This document shows, in pieces, positions 18,784-27,830 of a stretch of 64,000 nucleotides of DNA; within the stretch, counting starts at the first letter, position 1; every line of letters begins with the position of its first letter. This stretch comes from Candidatus Hodarchaeota archaeon (GTDB taxonomy: Archaea; Asgardarchaeota; Odinarchaeia; Odinarchaeales; JBHLKK01), in the NCBI GenBank assembly GCA_048886745.1, contig JBHLKK010000001.1:33925-97924 (forward strand), given 5' to 3'. The notes beneath the pieces are model-generated. The model saw nothing but the letters and a program-made list of their open reading frames with translations, had not been told where the DNA came from and did not search any database. The translations under genes and the position numbers were made by a program.

Positions 18784-19371
18784 CTATATTGGCAAGAATG
18801 TACCTGCCCACACTACTATGCGAACTACAATCAGTAAGTAGAATACCGTAAAGACATCCCCCAGCGTTGCAAGAACGGGGATTGTTATGTTATCCGGATC
18901 CAGCCCTTTGTGTGCAGAATAGAGTGCAACCAAAACAGTAATAGCAATCTGAGTTATTCCAGAAAAAAAAGCAGTTAAGAGGGCTATTAGAACGAATCCG
19001 AGCAAGCTTAAGCCAGAGAGTCCAACAAGTGAGCTCACAAAAAAGGCAAGACAGGCTAAAACGAATGCTACAACAAACCCAAGAAGGAGAGATGACTTGA
19101 CGTTTTCCTTAAGGTCATCATTGAAACCTAATTTCCAATCTATCACACCAACGTGTATCGCGGATCCTAATCGCTGCCCTAAAGAAGCAGAAATATTGCC
19201 TCTGGCTTCCATCAATCCGGGCAAAAGCAGAATCAAACCAGGCAAGATTGCGTAAAAATTAGTAAGTCCTGTAAGAAGAGCGCCTGCCCCTATTTCGGCC
19301 AGCGCAGTTAGGATTACAAAGGGTGTTACCTCTCGATATATCTTCTTTATTACAGAATGATCCAGACCCAT
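18784..19371 (-). CDS. MgtE/SLC41-type divalent-cation transporter membrane domain protein (paralog 1)
   Basis: Same architecture, with motif LDPDNITIPVLATLGDVFTVFYL. It lies 12 nt upstream of its paralog on the same strand. Confidence 0.65.
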   Translation of the reverse strand: MGLDHSVIKKIYREVTPFVILTALAEIGAGALLTGLTNFYAILPGLILLLPGLMEARGNISASLGQRLGSAIHVGVIDWKLGFNDDLKENVKSSLLLGFVVAFVLACLAFFVSSLVGLSGLSLLGFVLIALLTAFFSGITQIAITVLVALYSAHKGLDPDNITIPVLATLGDVFTVFYLLIVVRIVVWAGTFLPI

Positions 19372-19581
19372 TGTAAGACACCCTGTTTGAATTTGTACGC
19401 AATTGTGACATAATAGGTCGGAAACCTCCCTTTGGGAAGCTAAACTTCCTGCTAGTTCTTTGGGCAGTACTCCGATTATTCAATAGACAAACTAGTATAT
19501 AGTTTTTTCGTATATCCGAAACTTTCCTATTAGCATATCCTAATACTGTAGAGCAGATGCTTCGTGAACCTTTAAATGATC

Positions 19582-20367
19582 TTAATGGTTTTTAAGACTT
19601 TTTCTGATGACCTTTCTCGCGAATGTTAGATAGGCAGTGTGCCCTACCATCAGAGTTGCCGGGCGGGTCATATTCTCCCTTACCAAAATAGGGCGGACCA
19701 AACACTCGACCGTTGTTATAACACCAAATCCCTTTTTCAAGGCGTAAACGGTTTTTTGTGTTTGCTCAATTGTAGGAGAGTAGCTTACAAAAACCCCCCC
19801 TCCCCTTAAAGCTTCATAGGCGTGAGGAATTGCTAGCCAGGGTGTAGCCAGATCTAGGATAACTGCATCAATGCTTTGCTCATCTATTCCTTGCGTTACA
19901 TCTTTCATCTTGATACTGATATAATCAGTCAGACCTGCTTTTTCTATATTCTTCTCAGCTGTTTTGATGTATTTCTCGTTAATCTCATAGCTATAGACTC
20001 TTCCTGAAGGCCTGACAATATTAGCAAGCATGATTGCAAGCGCACCACTACCGGTACCAGCTTCAACTATTTGGCTTCCGGTCCCAATTCCAGCATACGT
20101 AATGATTATGGCTGCGTCTTTGGGGTAGACTATTTGGGTTTTTCGCTCGACCTTCAAAGCGAAGTCCTTCATAAGCGGATAAAAAACCATGAACTCTACT
20201 CCTGTGTTACTCTGAACGCATTGTCCATATTCATTTCCGATTATGTCTTCGAAGTCTACGACTCCCTTGTGAGTATGTAGCTTCTTATCTTTCTCAGCCT
20301 TTACTAGCCATCGTCTCCTAGTGTCCAGAGCTATTAGAATAATATCGCCTTCTTCTACCGTTGTCAT
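19582..20367 (-). CDS. trmI: tRNA (adenine-N1)-methyltransferase TrmI (GCD14 family)
   Basis: N-terminal beta-domain (EGDIILIALDTRRRWLVK...THKGVVDFEDIIG) is followed by the SAM motif IVEAGTGSGALAIMLANIV. Confidence 0.75.
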   Translation of the reverse strand: MTTVEEGDIILIALDTRRRWLVKAEKDKKLHTHKGVVDFEDIIGNEYGQCVQSNTGVEFMVFYPLMKDFALKVERKTQIVYPKDAAIIITYAGIGTGSQIVEAGTGSGALAIMLANIVRPSGRVYSYEINEKYIKTAEKNIEKAGLTDYISIKMKDVTQGIDEQSIDAVILDLATPWLAIPHAYEALRGGGVFVSYSPTIEQTQKTVYALKKGFGVITTVECLVRPILVRENMTRPATLMVGHTAYLTFARKVIRKSLKNH

Positions 20368-20494
20368 TTATATCACACACAAGTTTCTTCCATGGTTGTC
20401 TCAAAATAACAGGAGGCATCATAATTTATAAACTCGCATGCATCTTAAAAATCAGATCTGTCTTCTACAAACATCGGTTCCAAGCGTGAACGAA

Positions 20495-21562
20495 ATGGAT
20501 CATAATGTTTTCGTCAAACAAGCCCGACTCTATGAAACTCTAACGAATAAAACTGTTAGGTGCTTGACATGCGAACATAGATGTACGATATCTGAAGGGG
20601 ATTTTGGAATCTGCAAGACTCGGAAAAACGCAGGTGGAGTTTTATATACTCTGGTTTACGGAAACATAAGCTCATTAAGCTGTAATCCTATTGAAAAGAA
20701 GCCGCTATTTCACTTCTGGCCCGGCACTTTTGCACTGACTGTAGGAACATGGAGCTGCAATTTTACTTGTCCATGGTGTCAAAACAGTGGCATTAGTAAA
20801 ATATCCCCTAATGAAAGCACGGGAAAGTTTTTGAGTCCTGAACAATTAATTGAACTCATGATAAGAAGGCTCTGCAAAGGGACAAGCTATAGTTTCAACG
20901 AGCCTACCCTTCTTTTGGAACACGCTATTGAAGTATTTCCCATAGCTCGAAAATATGGATGTTACAATACCTATGTTACTAATGGCTATATGACATTGAA
21001 AGCACTTGATCTTCTTATTGATGCAGGTCTTGACGCCTTAAATATCGATATTAAAGGGTGTAAAACTAATGTAAGTAGATACTGCGGTGCAAATATTGAG
21101 CTCGTTTGGAGGAATGCGGCTCATTCCATAAAAAAGGGAGTCCATGTGGAAATAACTACACTGATTATTCCTGGAGTTAACGACGACGAAAAATGCCTTA
21201 GATTCATTGCTGCAAGAATCAAAGAGCAGCTAACAGCAGATACCCCTTGGCATGTAACGAGATACTTCCCGGCCTATGAGTTTGCCAAGCAGCCACCATC
21301 AATTCAAAAGTTGGAAAGGGCAAGAGAAATTGGACATGAAGAAGGACTGAAATATGTTTACATTGGCAATGTGGCTAATCACCCAGCAGAGAGTACTTAT
21401 TGTCCTGGCTGTAAAGAAATCCTAATTGAAAGAAACATCTTGGGCGTATCCAAATACAGGATCGACAGAAATGGCAATTGCCCACATTGCGGTGAGAAGA
21501 TTAAGATCATAGGTGGTTCTGTGAGTAAAATAGGAGATAGAGGACACGATTTGTCGAGTTGA
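20495..21562 (+). CDS. amrS: AmmeMemoRadiSam-system radical SAM enzyme (PflA-like activase family)
   Basis: The N-terminal Cys cluster is VRCLTCEHRCTISEGDFGICKTRKN, followed by PIEKKPLFHFWPG. The radical-SAM CxxxCxxC motif is CNFTCPWCQN. I prefer start ATG 20495 (MDHNVF...) over 20438. Confidence 0.75.
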   Translation: MDHNVFVKQARLYETLTNKTVRCLTCEHRCTISEGDFGICKTRKNAGGVLYTLVYGNISSLSCNPIEKKPLFHFWPGTFALTVGTWSCNFTCPWCQNSGISKISPNESTGKFLSPEQLIELMIRRLCKGTSYSFNEPTLLLEHAIEVFPIARKYGCYNTYVTNGYMTLKALDLLIDAGLDALNIDIKGCKTNVSRYCGANIELVWRNAAHSIKKGVHVEITTLIIPGVNDDEKCLRFIAARIKEQLTADTPWHVTRYFPAYEFAKQPPSIQKLERAREIGHEEGLKYVYIGNVANHPAESTYCPGCKEILIERNILGVSKYRIDRNGNCPHCGEKIKIIGGSVSKIGDRGHDLSS

Positions 21563-21740
21563 AACTAGCCCCATATCGAAGAATCTGTAGTTTGAGAAAT
21601 ACTAGAGAAAGCCTGTGAGTCAACAGCAAGAATCACTAATGGAACAATCAGAGAAATTCATATAGAAGGCCATGAGCATTTCTTTATAAGTAACATATAT
21701 TTAGCTTAAGAACTATTACTAGATTTGAGAGGAGTTAAGA

Positions 21741-22991
21741 ATGACCACATCGATAAGAATAGCCTTCGATGAAACCCATAATGAAGGAGGCAGACTTCAG
21801 ACAACATATTCGAAATTGAAGGAAATCCTTGAAAAGGAAGGATTCAATTGCTTCAGCATTATTGATTTTCCTATTGTTTTGAAGAAGCTTCAGGAATTCA
21901 ATATTCTGGTCATAGCAGGACCCGATCTTTCGAAGTTTCGGCCGACAGAGATTCAGGATATAATCAAATATGTTGATACAGGTGGTGGACTATTAATTAT
22001 GTCTGATGCCGGCGGAGATCGAGGGCATATGACAAACTTGAACAACATAGCTTCAGCTTTCGGAATAAGATTCAATAATAATCAGGTAACTGACTCAAGG
22101 CACAACTTGGGAATAGATACGGTACCAGTAATAACTGATTTCAAAAACCATGAAATTTCGAAAGACTTGACAAAGATCTGTTATCGCGCTGGCTGTAGCT
22201 TATCAACATCTGGCAATGCTTTTCCGATTGCATTTTCTAATCGCATAGCTAATCCACAGTCAGCTCCTATCATTGCTATGACCGAATATGGTCTGGGGGC
22301 AGTAGTTGCGATCGGAACATATGAAATGTTTCGGACCGAAGGGCTAGGGGGAATTGAAACGCCACAAAACACCCAGCTTGCCCTGAACATATTTCATTGG
22401 CTGGCTAAGATACCGGAAGCTATTCCTGTCGTAACCGCGGAAGTCATTTCAGAAAAACCCACAGTCAAGCAAGAAGAGGTACCAGTAGCATCAGAAACTG
22501 ATCCAGAGACTCCTGCTCCTTCGATGAGAGATCTTATTCCGAGTATCGTGGAACAAGTTAAAGCTCACTCATCCTCAATCACAGAATTAGAGAGTTTGCC
22601 TGGTGAAATTAAGAAAATCAGAAATGCTCAAGGAGAGCTAAAAGCTATTCTTAAAGACTATGACGGTCAACTGGATGCTTTTAAGAGCATGAGAAGTCAA
22701 ATGGACGTGATTAATGAGAAAATCACAAAAGCCGCCCCCATTAGTGAGATCAAAAATCTAAATGAAGTCCTGAACCGAATTCGCGAAGAAGTAGGCACCT
22801 CTTTGAAGATATCGGAAGAGAAATCCGAGAAAATGCTAGCTTTAGGCATAAAGATCGATTCTCTGAGTGAAAGAGTTCAAACGTTGGAAGACAGCTTAAG
22901 TCAGATGGATAAAAAGATATCAGAGTTGGAATCCAAAGTAGCCAAACCGAGACGGCGAACAAGAAAAAAGAAACAGGCAAGTGAGTCTTAG
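21741..22991 (+). CDS. Hypothetical protein: N-terminal DUF4350/GATase1-like alpha-beta domain, Pro-rich linker, C-terminal coiled coil and basic tail
   Basis: IRIAFDETHNE...NILVIAGPDLSKFRPTEIQDIIKYVDTGGGLLIMSD resembles the DUF4350 pattern. The last 170 aa have a heptad-like composition and end in KPRRRTRKKKQASES. Confidence 0.55.
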   Translation: MTTSIRIAFDETHNEGGRLQTTYSKLKEILEKEGFNCFSIIDFPIVLKKLQEFNILVIAGPDLSKFRPTEIQDIIKYVDTGGGLLIMSDAGGDRGHMTNLNNIASAFGIRFNNNQVTDSRHNLGIDTVPVITDFKNHEISKDLTKICYRAGCSLSTSGNAFPIAFSNRIANPQSAPIIAMTEYGLGAVVAIGTYEMFRTEGLGGIETPQNTQLALNIFHWLAKIPEAIPVVTAEVISEKPTVKQEEVPVASETDPETPAPSMRDLIPSIVEQVKAHSSSITELESLPGEIKKIRNAQGELKAILKDYDGQLDAFKSMRSQMDVINEKITKAAPISEIKNLNEVLNRIREEVGTSLKISEEKSEKMLALGIKIDSLSERVQTLEDSLSQMDKKISELESKVAKPRRRTRKKKQASES

Positions 22992-23992
22992 AGCTCCGCT
23001 TCTGAAGCTTGAGCAAAGCAATATATGAAAGTTAAAAAGAACAATATGGCAGAAGCTATAATCGCTATAGTCATAGCCATTAGGTTGAATCTGTAGAAGA
23101 TTTCTATAACAAGGAATGTTGCACCAACCAAGATTCCTAAGGCGGTTGCACCTCTCCCAACCTCTCCCCACTTTAATCTAAGTAGGATGACTACAGCCAT
23201 AATTCCAAGAGAGGCTGGGTTGATATAGTCAAACAAGAATTGCATATTTCCTAGCTGAGGTAACCAAAGATATGCAAATGTGCAAAAGAGAACTAAATCG
23301 AGTATTCTGACTTTCCACCCGGTGATTTCTAAAGCTTCCGAAACAGGCTGTCGCTTTAGGAGGTTGCCTAGAAGCCAAACAAACGAGCCAATCGTGATAG
23401 AGTTCACAATCCAGATAGAAAAAGCATATAGAAAGTTGATTGAATCATTCCAGGCAACTGTGATCCAGTTCCATACAGGCAGATAAGCTGGGTAGAATAG
23501 GATCAATAAGAGAACCGGGATAGCAGAGACAATAGCAAGGACAATTATGGTGTATCCTGCAAGAGTCCTTCTACTCCGATTCCAGGCGAAATCTGAAGCT
23601 AGTACAACTCTCCAAGCAGCCACTGCACTCATGAATACACCCAGAGGTGGTGAAGCAAAGGGGAGTAGAAAGAACAGAGCGACAAATGAAGTATTTAATC
23701 CATAGAATATTATCCATCTTAGGGGTACAATTGTCGTTTTCTCCCTCCATACCTCAAAGGTGTTGGCTAGACGATTTCTATAGATAAAAATGAAGAGTAG
23801 CCATGGTGAAGTGAAAACAATAGGCATAATTGCGTATTCAAATATGACGCTCAGGAGCTCGCTTCCCAAGAATTGCGGCGGCACAATTCGTGGACTAAAA
23901 AACATCAGGATTACGAAATAGATGGGAAGGAACACCGCAACAACAAATACTAGTAGCCTGGAAATCTCAATACCTCTCCAGTAAGTTGCCAC
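22988..23992 (-). CDS. Polytopic membrane protein, unknown function
   Basis: 334 aa with about 9-10 hydrophobic segments. Its stop overlaps the convergent upstream gene by 4 nt. Confidence 0.6.
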   Translation of the reverse strand: MATYWRGIEISRLLVFVVAVFLPIYFVILMFFSPRIVPPQFLGSELLSVIFEYAIMPIVFTSPWLLFIFIYRNRLANTFEVWREKTTIVPLRWIIFYGLNTSFVALFFLLPFASPPLGVFMSAVAAWRVVLASDFAWNRSRRTLAGYTIIVLAIVSAIPVLLLILFYPAYLPVWNWITVAWNDSINFLYAFSIWIVNSITIGSFVWLLGNLLKRQPVSEALEITGWKVRILDLVLFCTFAYLWLPQLGNMQFLFDYINPASLGIMAVVILLRLKWGEVGRGATALGILVGATFLVIEIFYRFNLMAMTIAIIASAILFFLTFIYCFAQASEAEL

Positions 23993-24135
23993 TCTTAGAT
24001 CACTCCGTTATCTAGGTTTAAGCGTTGAACAGTAAGATAAAGATTTTGCAGGATGGATTAGAACATATGTTCTAATAAACTAGTCAAAAGGAAATATATG
24101 TATAGCTTATCTATTATAGAAGACTAGGGATCTTT

Positions 24136-24942
24136 ATGTCTGAATTCCTAAAAAGACTATGGAAAATGTCAAAAGAGAACAAGAGTCGAATAGTCCTAGC
24201 TCTTGATCCATCAGCAAAGTTGACAGTGTCGAATGAATCAGATAAGGACAGATTGCGTGAAGAACTCGTAGAAACTGCTTTGAGAGTGATTCATGAGACG
24301 AGGGATCATATTGCGGCTATAAAGATTAACCGACAACTTATCCTACCCCTAGGATTGTTCGATCGTCTCCAAAAGATTATCAAAGTCGCTAAATCCTTCA
24401 AGCTTCCACTCATAGTGGACTGTAAAATAAACGATGTTGGACACACAAATCTCTGGATTGCTCAACACTATTTTGACGCAGGATTTGATGCGGTAATCGC
24501 AAATCCATTTGTAGGTTGGGAGGGGGGACTCGACAGCGTGTTTGAACTCGCCCATGGAAATGGAAAGGGTGTGATACTTCTTGTCTACATGTCACATCCA
24601 GCTTCTAGAGAGGGGTATGGCCAAAGCATATATGACCCATACTCGGGTCAGAAGACACCACAGTATTTGGCTTTCGCAAAGAAAGCTGCTAAATGGAAAG
24701 CGGATGGGGTTGTTTGTGGGGCCACCTTTCCAGACAAAATCCGAGATGTCTACAATGTTTTAGGTGGTGAGATTCCCATCTTCTCTCCGGGAATTGGAGC
24801 ACAAGGAGGTGCCATAAAGGAAGCATTTAATGCGGGAACAAGTTTTGCAATTGTAGGTCGTTCAATATATCAGGCAGAAAACCCAAAAAATACAGTATTA
24901 TCATTTAAGAGATTGATTAACCAATTCTTAAAAGACCAGTAG
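24136..24942 (+). CDS. pyrF: Orotidine 5'-phosphate decarboxylase
   Basis: IVLALDPS, AAIKINRQL, the catalytic DxKxxD (VDCKINDVGHTN) and the C-terminal AIVGRSIYQAENP. Confidence 0.8.
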   Translation: MSEFLKRLWKMSKENKSRIVLALDPSAKLTVSNESDKDRLREELVETALRVIHETRDHIAAIKINRQLILPLGLFDRLQKIIKVAKSFKLPLIVDCKINDVGHTNLWIAQHYFDAGFDAVIANPFVGWEGGLDSVFELAHGNGKGVILLVYMSHPASREGYGQSIYDPYSGQKTPQYLAFAKKAAKWKADGVVCGATFPDKIRDVYNVLGGEIPIFSPGIGAQGGAIKEAFNAGTSFAIVGRSIYQAENPKNTVLSFKRLINQFLKDQ

Positions 24943-24952
24943 TAATTCAGGA

Positions 24953-25912
24953 TTATGATACATGTCTATTTGTTTTTTCAATTCTTCCTGGATCTCCTGC
25001 GTATTCTGATTCAATCGTAGCAGCAACCATTCCTCTATAGTATATGTTTAGAATTATCGTCCCTGCAAGTATCGTGGCCGTTCCAATGACTCTTAGATAG
25101 GATATCGGAAATATTATCTGGCCATCTACCGGTAGAAGTATCATTTCTCCGAAAATGAATACTGCAGCAACCATAGGTATAGATATAGAAAGACTTGTTA
25201 TCAAAGGGATTGCAACTGCAGATCTCCCCTGAGACAGAGTGACTTGTTTTAGCATAAAACTTATGGCAGTCAATGTTGCTAATCCCCAGAAAATTGGACT
25301 TATCACTAATAGAAGTGGATTTAAGAATGACGGTGATTCACTGCCACTCTCGATGGTCATCCATTTTGTAAATATCTCTGCCAAACTATAGAGTATCCCC
25401 GCTGTTAGAGCAGAAATCAGGGCTTTCTTATTGCTAATACGACCCAGAAGTTGAATACCAATAGCAGTCGTCAGCAATAAGCCTATTACAAGAAGCAATA
25501 TTGATAAATCATAGAAATAGGCGCCTGTTGTTTGAGGATTGTAACTTAGGCAGAATATCCCAATAATCATAGCTACTATTCCAGACCATTCAGTTCTATG
25601 GATTTGCTCTTTTAGTTTTGTTACTCCGATCAATATCACCACAAGAGTATTCGCATTTATCAATGGACGGACCACTACTAGATCACCAATGGCTATAGCT
25701 TGAACATAGATCAACCATGCAGCCATTCCAGTCAGGAGACCTAGAACCCAAATCTTATTTGATAGTAGTTGCTTAAGGACTTTGAAGATTTCTCTTATGA
25801 ATTGGCTGAAGGTTAATCGTGGAAGTTTTGCTAAGGCCTTTTTCTGCATGGATGTGGCAGTTCCAGACAGAGAAGCAGCAATTAGTGCGAGTATTACGTA
25901 CTCCCCAGCCAT
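24953..25912 (-). CDS. EamA/DMT-superfamily-like membrane transporter
   Basis: About 10 TM segments in a two-repeat layout. The ORF-track start at 25927 is GTG. ATG 25912 is preceded by GTGAGGA, so I prefer it. Confidence 0.55.
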   Translation of the reverse strand: MAGEYVILALIAASLSGTATSMQKKALAKLPRLTFSQFIREIFKVLKQLLSNKIWVLGLLTGMAAWLIYVQAIAIGDLVVVRPLINANTLVVILIGVTKLKEQIHRTEWSGIVAMIIGIFCLSYNPQTTGAYFYDLSILLLVIGLLLTTAIGIQLLGRISNKKALISALTAGILYSLAEIFTKWMTIESGSESPSFLNPLLLVISPIFWGLATLTAISFMLKQVTLSQGRSAVAIPLITSLSISIPMVAAVFIFGEMILLPVDGQIIFPISYLRVIGTATILAGTIILNIYYRGMVAATIESEYAGDPGRIEKTNRHVS

Positions 25913-25996
25913 ATGATTAATCCTCACTAATTTAGTCTAAAAATAGATAAAGATGATTTTTAAAGATTGGCTCTATCTTGGGAAACGGTTAGTTTT

Positions 25997-26212
25997 TCAG
26001 AGGCTTGATATCTTGCTCAGAGGAACTTTGTGCCATGTTTCCTTTCGAATAAAATACCTTATTGCTTCTCTAATCGCCTCACTTCTACTTGGATAGAGGC
26101 CCACTTCTACAAGTGCGTCTAGACCTTTAATGTAAGTCTCGGGCATTTTTACTGTAACAAGTTTTAACCATTCATCAACATTTTCTTCTTTCAAGGGGAG
26201 ATTTCCCTCCAC
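25997..26212 (-). CDS. Ribbon-helix-helix (CopG-like) DNA-binding protein
   Basis: KLVTVKMPETYIKGLDALVEVGLYPSRSEAIREAIRYFI matches the RHH beta-strand plus two helices. The start is GTG and its position is uncertain. Confidence 0.6.
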   Translation of the reverse strand: MEGNLPLKEENVDEWLKLVTVKMPETYIKGLDALVEVGLYPSRSEAIREAIRYFIRKETWHKVPLSKISSL

Positions 26213-26333
26213 TCGTTATTCAATTATTCGGGACTGAGAATAAAAACTTTTCGTCGGAAGGATTTCCAAAAAAAAGCCTATTTAACGATTATCCAGATCA
26301 TATGATTCCATCAGGTTTTTGTCAAGGTAGTAT

Positions 26334-27068
26334 CTACTCCAATAATGCCCACAGGTATTCAAAGTATCCTGCAGAAATACGCGCAAGACCTAGATGGTCA
26401 GACCAGATTCCAACTATTGGATTAACTAGGACTATTACCACTTCTTTGAGGTCAACTATGACACCGCCGCCGAAAAGCTGTTCGGCTACTTTGACCTCAG
26501 CCAGCCGATCTATCCTTTTTAGAAGATCCTCGGAAAGGGACGACACTAGGACCTTTATCGTTACACCTTTATCTTTTAGGACATGGAGAACGGGATATAT
26601 CATATCTAATATCTCAGAAGTAATTGTTGGTAATGTAACTAAGACATTCTTCTCAGCTTTGCCAAGCATGGCCTTGATCTTGGCAATTACCTTGTCCTCG
26701 CCACGCAGAATCCAAACATCAGGTCTTTCAGCCTCTGTTCTTTTGTCATAGAAGGGCTGCAACTCCTCCATTATCTCCGTTTCAATTCTCTCAAGCTCTT
26801 CTTGTTTCTTTAGCTTTACACGTCTTAGGGTTTCTTCAGGAGACATGGGTTTGAATCTCTTGGGACGTCCTCTTTCGGAGACAATCCACCCAGCTTCCTC
26901 CAGATTGGTCAAAACATTGTAGATCCTGCTTTCAGGAACCCCACTCAGCCAACTGACTTCTTTTGCCGATAGACCTCCTTTCTCAATCAATGTCAAATAG
27001 ACTCGAGCCTCGTTTGGCTTCAGTTCCAAAACCTTGAGCATTCTATATATTCGTTCACTAAAGGACAT
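26334..27068 (-). CDS. TrmB-family transcriptional regulator
   Basis: N-terminal LELKPNEARVYLTLIEKGGLSAKEVSWLSGVPESRIYNVLTNLEEAGWIV is the TrmB wHTH. It is followed by a coiled coil and a C-terminal domain. Confidence 0.8.
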   Translation of the reverse strand: MSFSERIYRMLKVLELKPNEARVYLTLIEKGGLSAKEVSWLSGVPESRIYNVLTNLEEAGWIVSERGRPKRFKPMSPEETLRRVKLKKQEELERIETEIMEELQPFYDKRTEAERPDVWILRGEDKVIAKIKAMLGKAEKNVLVTLPTITSEILDMIYPVLHVLKDKGVTIKVLVSSLSEDLLKRIDRLAEVKVAEQLFGGGVIVDLKEVVIVLVNPIVGIWSDHLGLARISAGYFEYLWALLE

Positions 27069-27167
27069 GTTTTTGTCTCCCTTTGCTTCTTATGATTCAT
27101 TTGGTCTTAAAGGTTATAGGTTATCCATAGTTCCCTATTTTCAGAAGTTTTTTATGTAACTTGCTAC

Positions 27168-27827
27168 ATGAGATTACCTGGTGGAAAGCACCTCATGAGT
27201 GACTCAGATACAGCGAATAAGCAGGAAGAAGGTAGAGAAAAGGTCTCACTATTGAACAGGTGCAGACAATACATAAGAATTACTGGTGTAAGCGAGATCG
27301 CAAGACGGTATTTTGTTATGAACGCCTTCGATGGAGCTTTAACAATGCTTGGAATTGTTATTGGTGCCTATGCTATAGGAGGCATAGATCCGAAGATCAT
27401 AATTGGTGCTGGTTTTGGCGCAAGTTTAGCCATGGCGATTTCGGGAGTGAGCGGGGCATATATGACTGAGAGAGCGGAAAGGCTTAGAGAGTTAGAGAGG
27501 TTGGAAAAAGCAATGCTGAAGACAATGGATAATACCGTTCAGGCCAGAGCAATCAGATTCGCATCCATATATGTTGCCATAGTAGATGGAGCAGCTCCCT
27601 TCATTGTTTCAGTGATTGCAATTGTTCCTTTCATTCTATCACAGATAGGTATACTCGCGGTTGGATTCGCAGTAATTGTATCTGTAAGTATTACTCTTCT
27701 TGTACTCTTTATCCTTGGAGGATTTTTGGGAAAAATCTCAAAAAGAAACATAATTGTCTCCGGTATCAAGATGGCAGCTGCTGGAATTGCAACAGCGCTT
27801 GTTGCATTGCTGCTCAATCTTCTTTGA
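27168..27827 (+). CDS. VIT1/CCC1-family iron/manganese transporter
   Basis: FVMNAFDGALTMLGIVIG, a cytosolic helical stretch (ERAERLRELERLEKAML) and C-terminal TM helices. An alternative start is ATG 27195. Confidence 0.7.
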   Translation: MRLPGGKHLMSDSDTANKQEEGREKVSLLNRCRQYIRITGVSEIARRYFVMNAFDGALTMLGIVIGAYAIGGIDPKIIIGAGFGASLAMAISGVSGAYMTERAERLRELERLEKAMLKTMDNTVQARAIRFASIYVAIVDGAAPFIVSVIAIVPFILSQIGILAVGFAVIVSVSITLLVLFILGGFLGKISKRNIIVSGIKMAAAGIATALVALLLNLL

Positions 27828-27830
27828 TTA

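Noticed and set aside
26302-26751. Plus-strand 149-aa ORF overlapping the TrmB-family gene
   Set aside because: It is antisense to a clear TrmB wHTH protein and its Ser/Thr/Arg/Pro-rich composition is typical of shadow frames.
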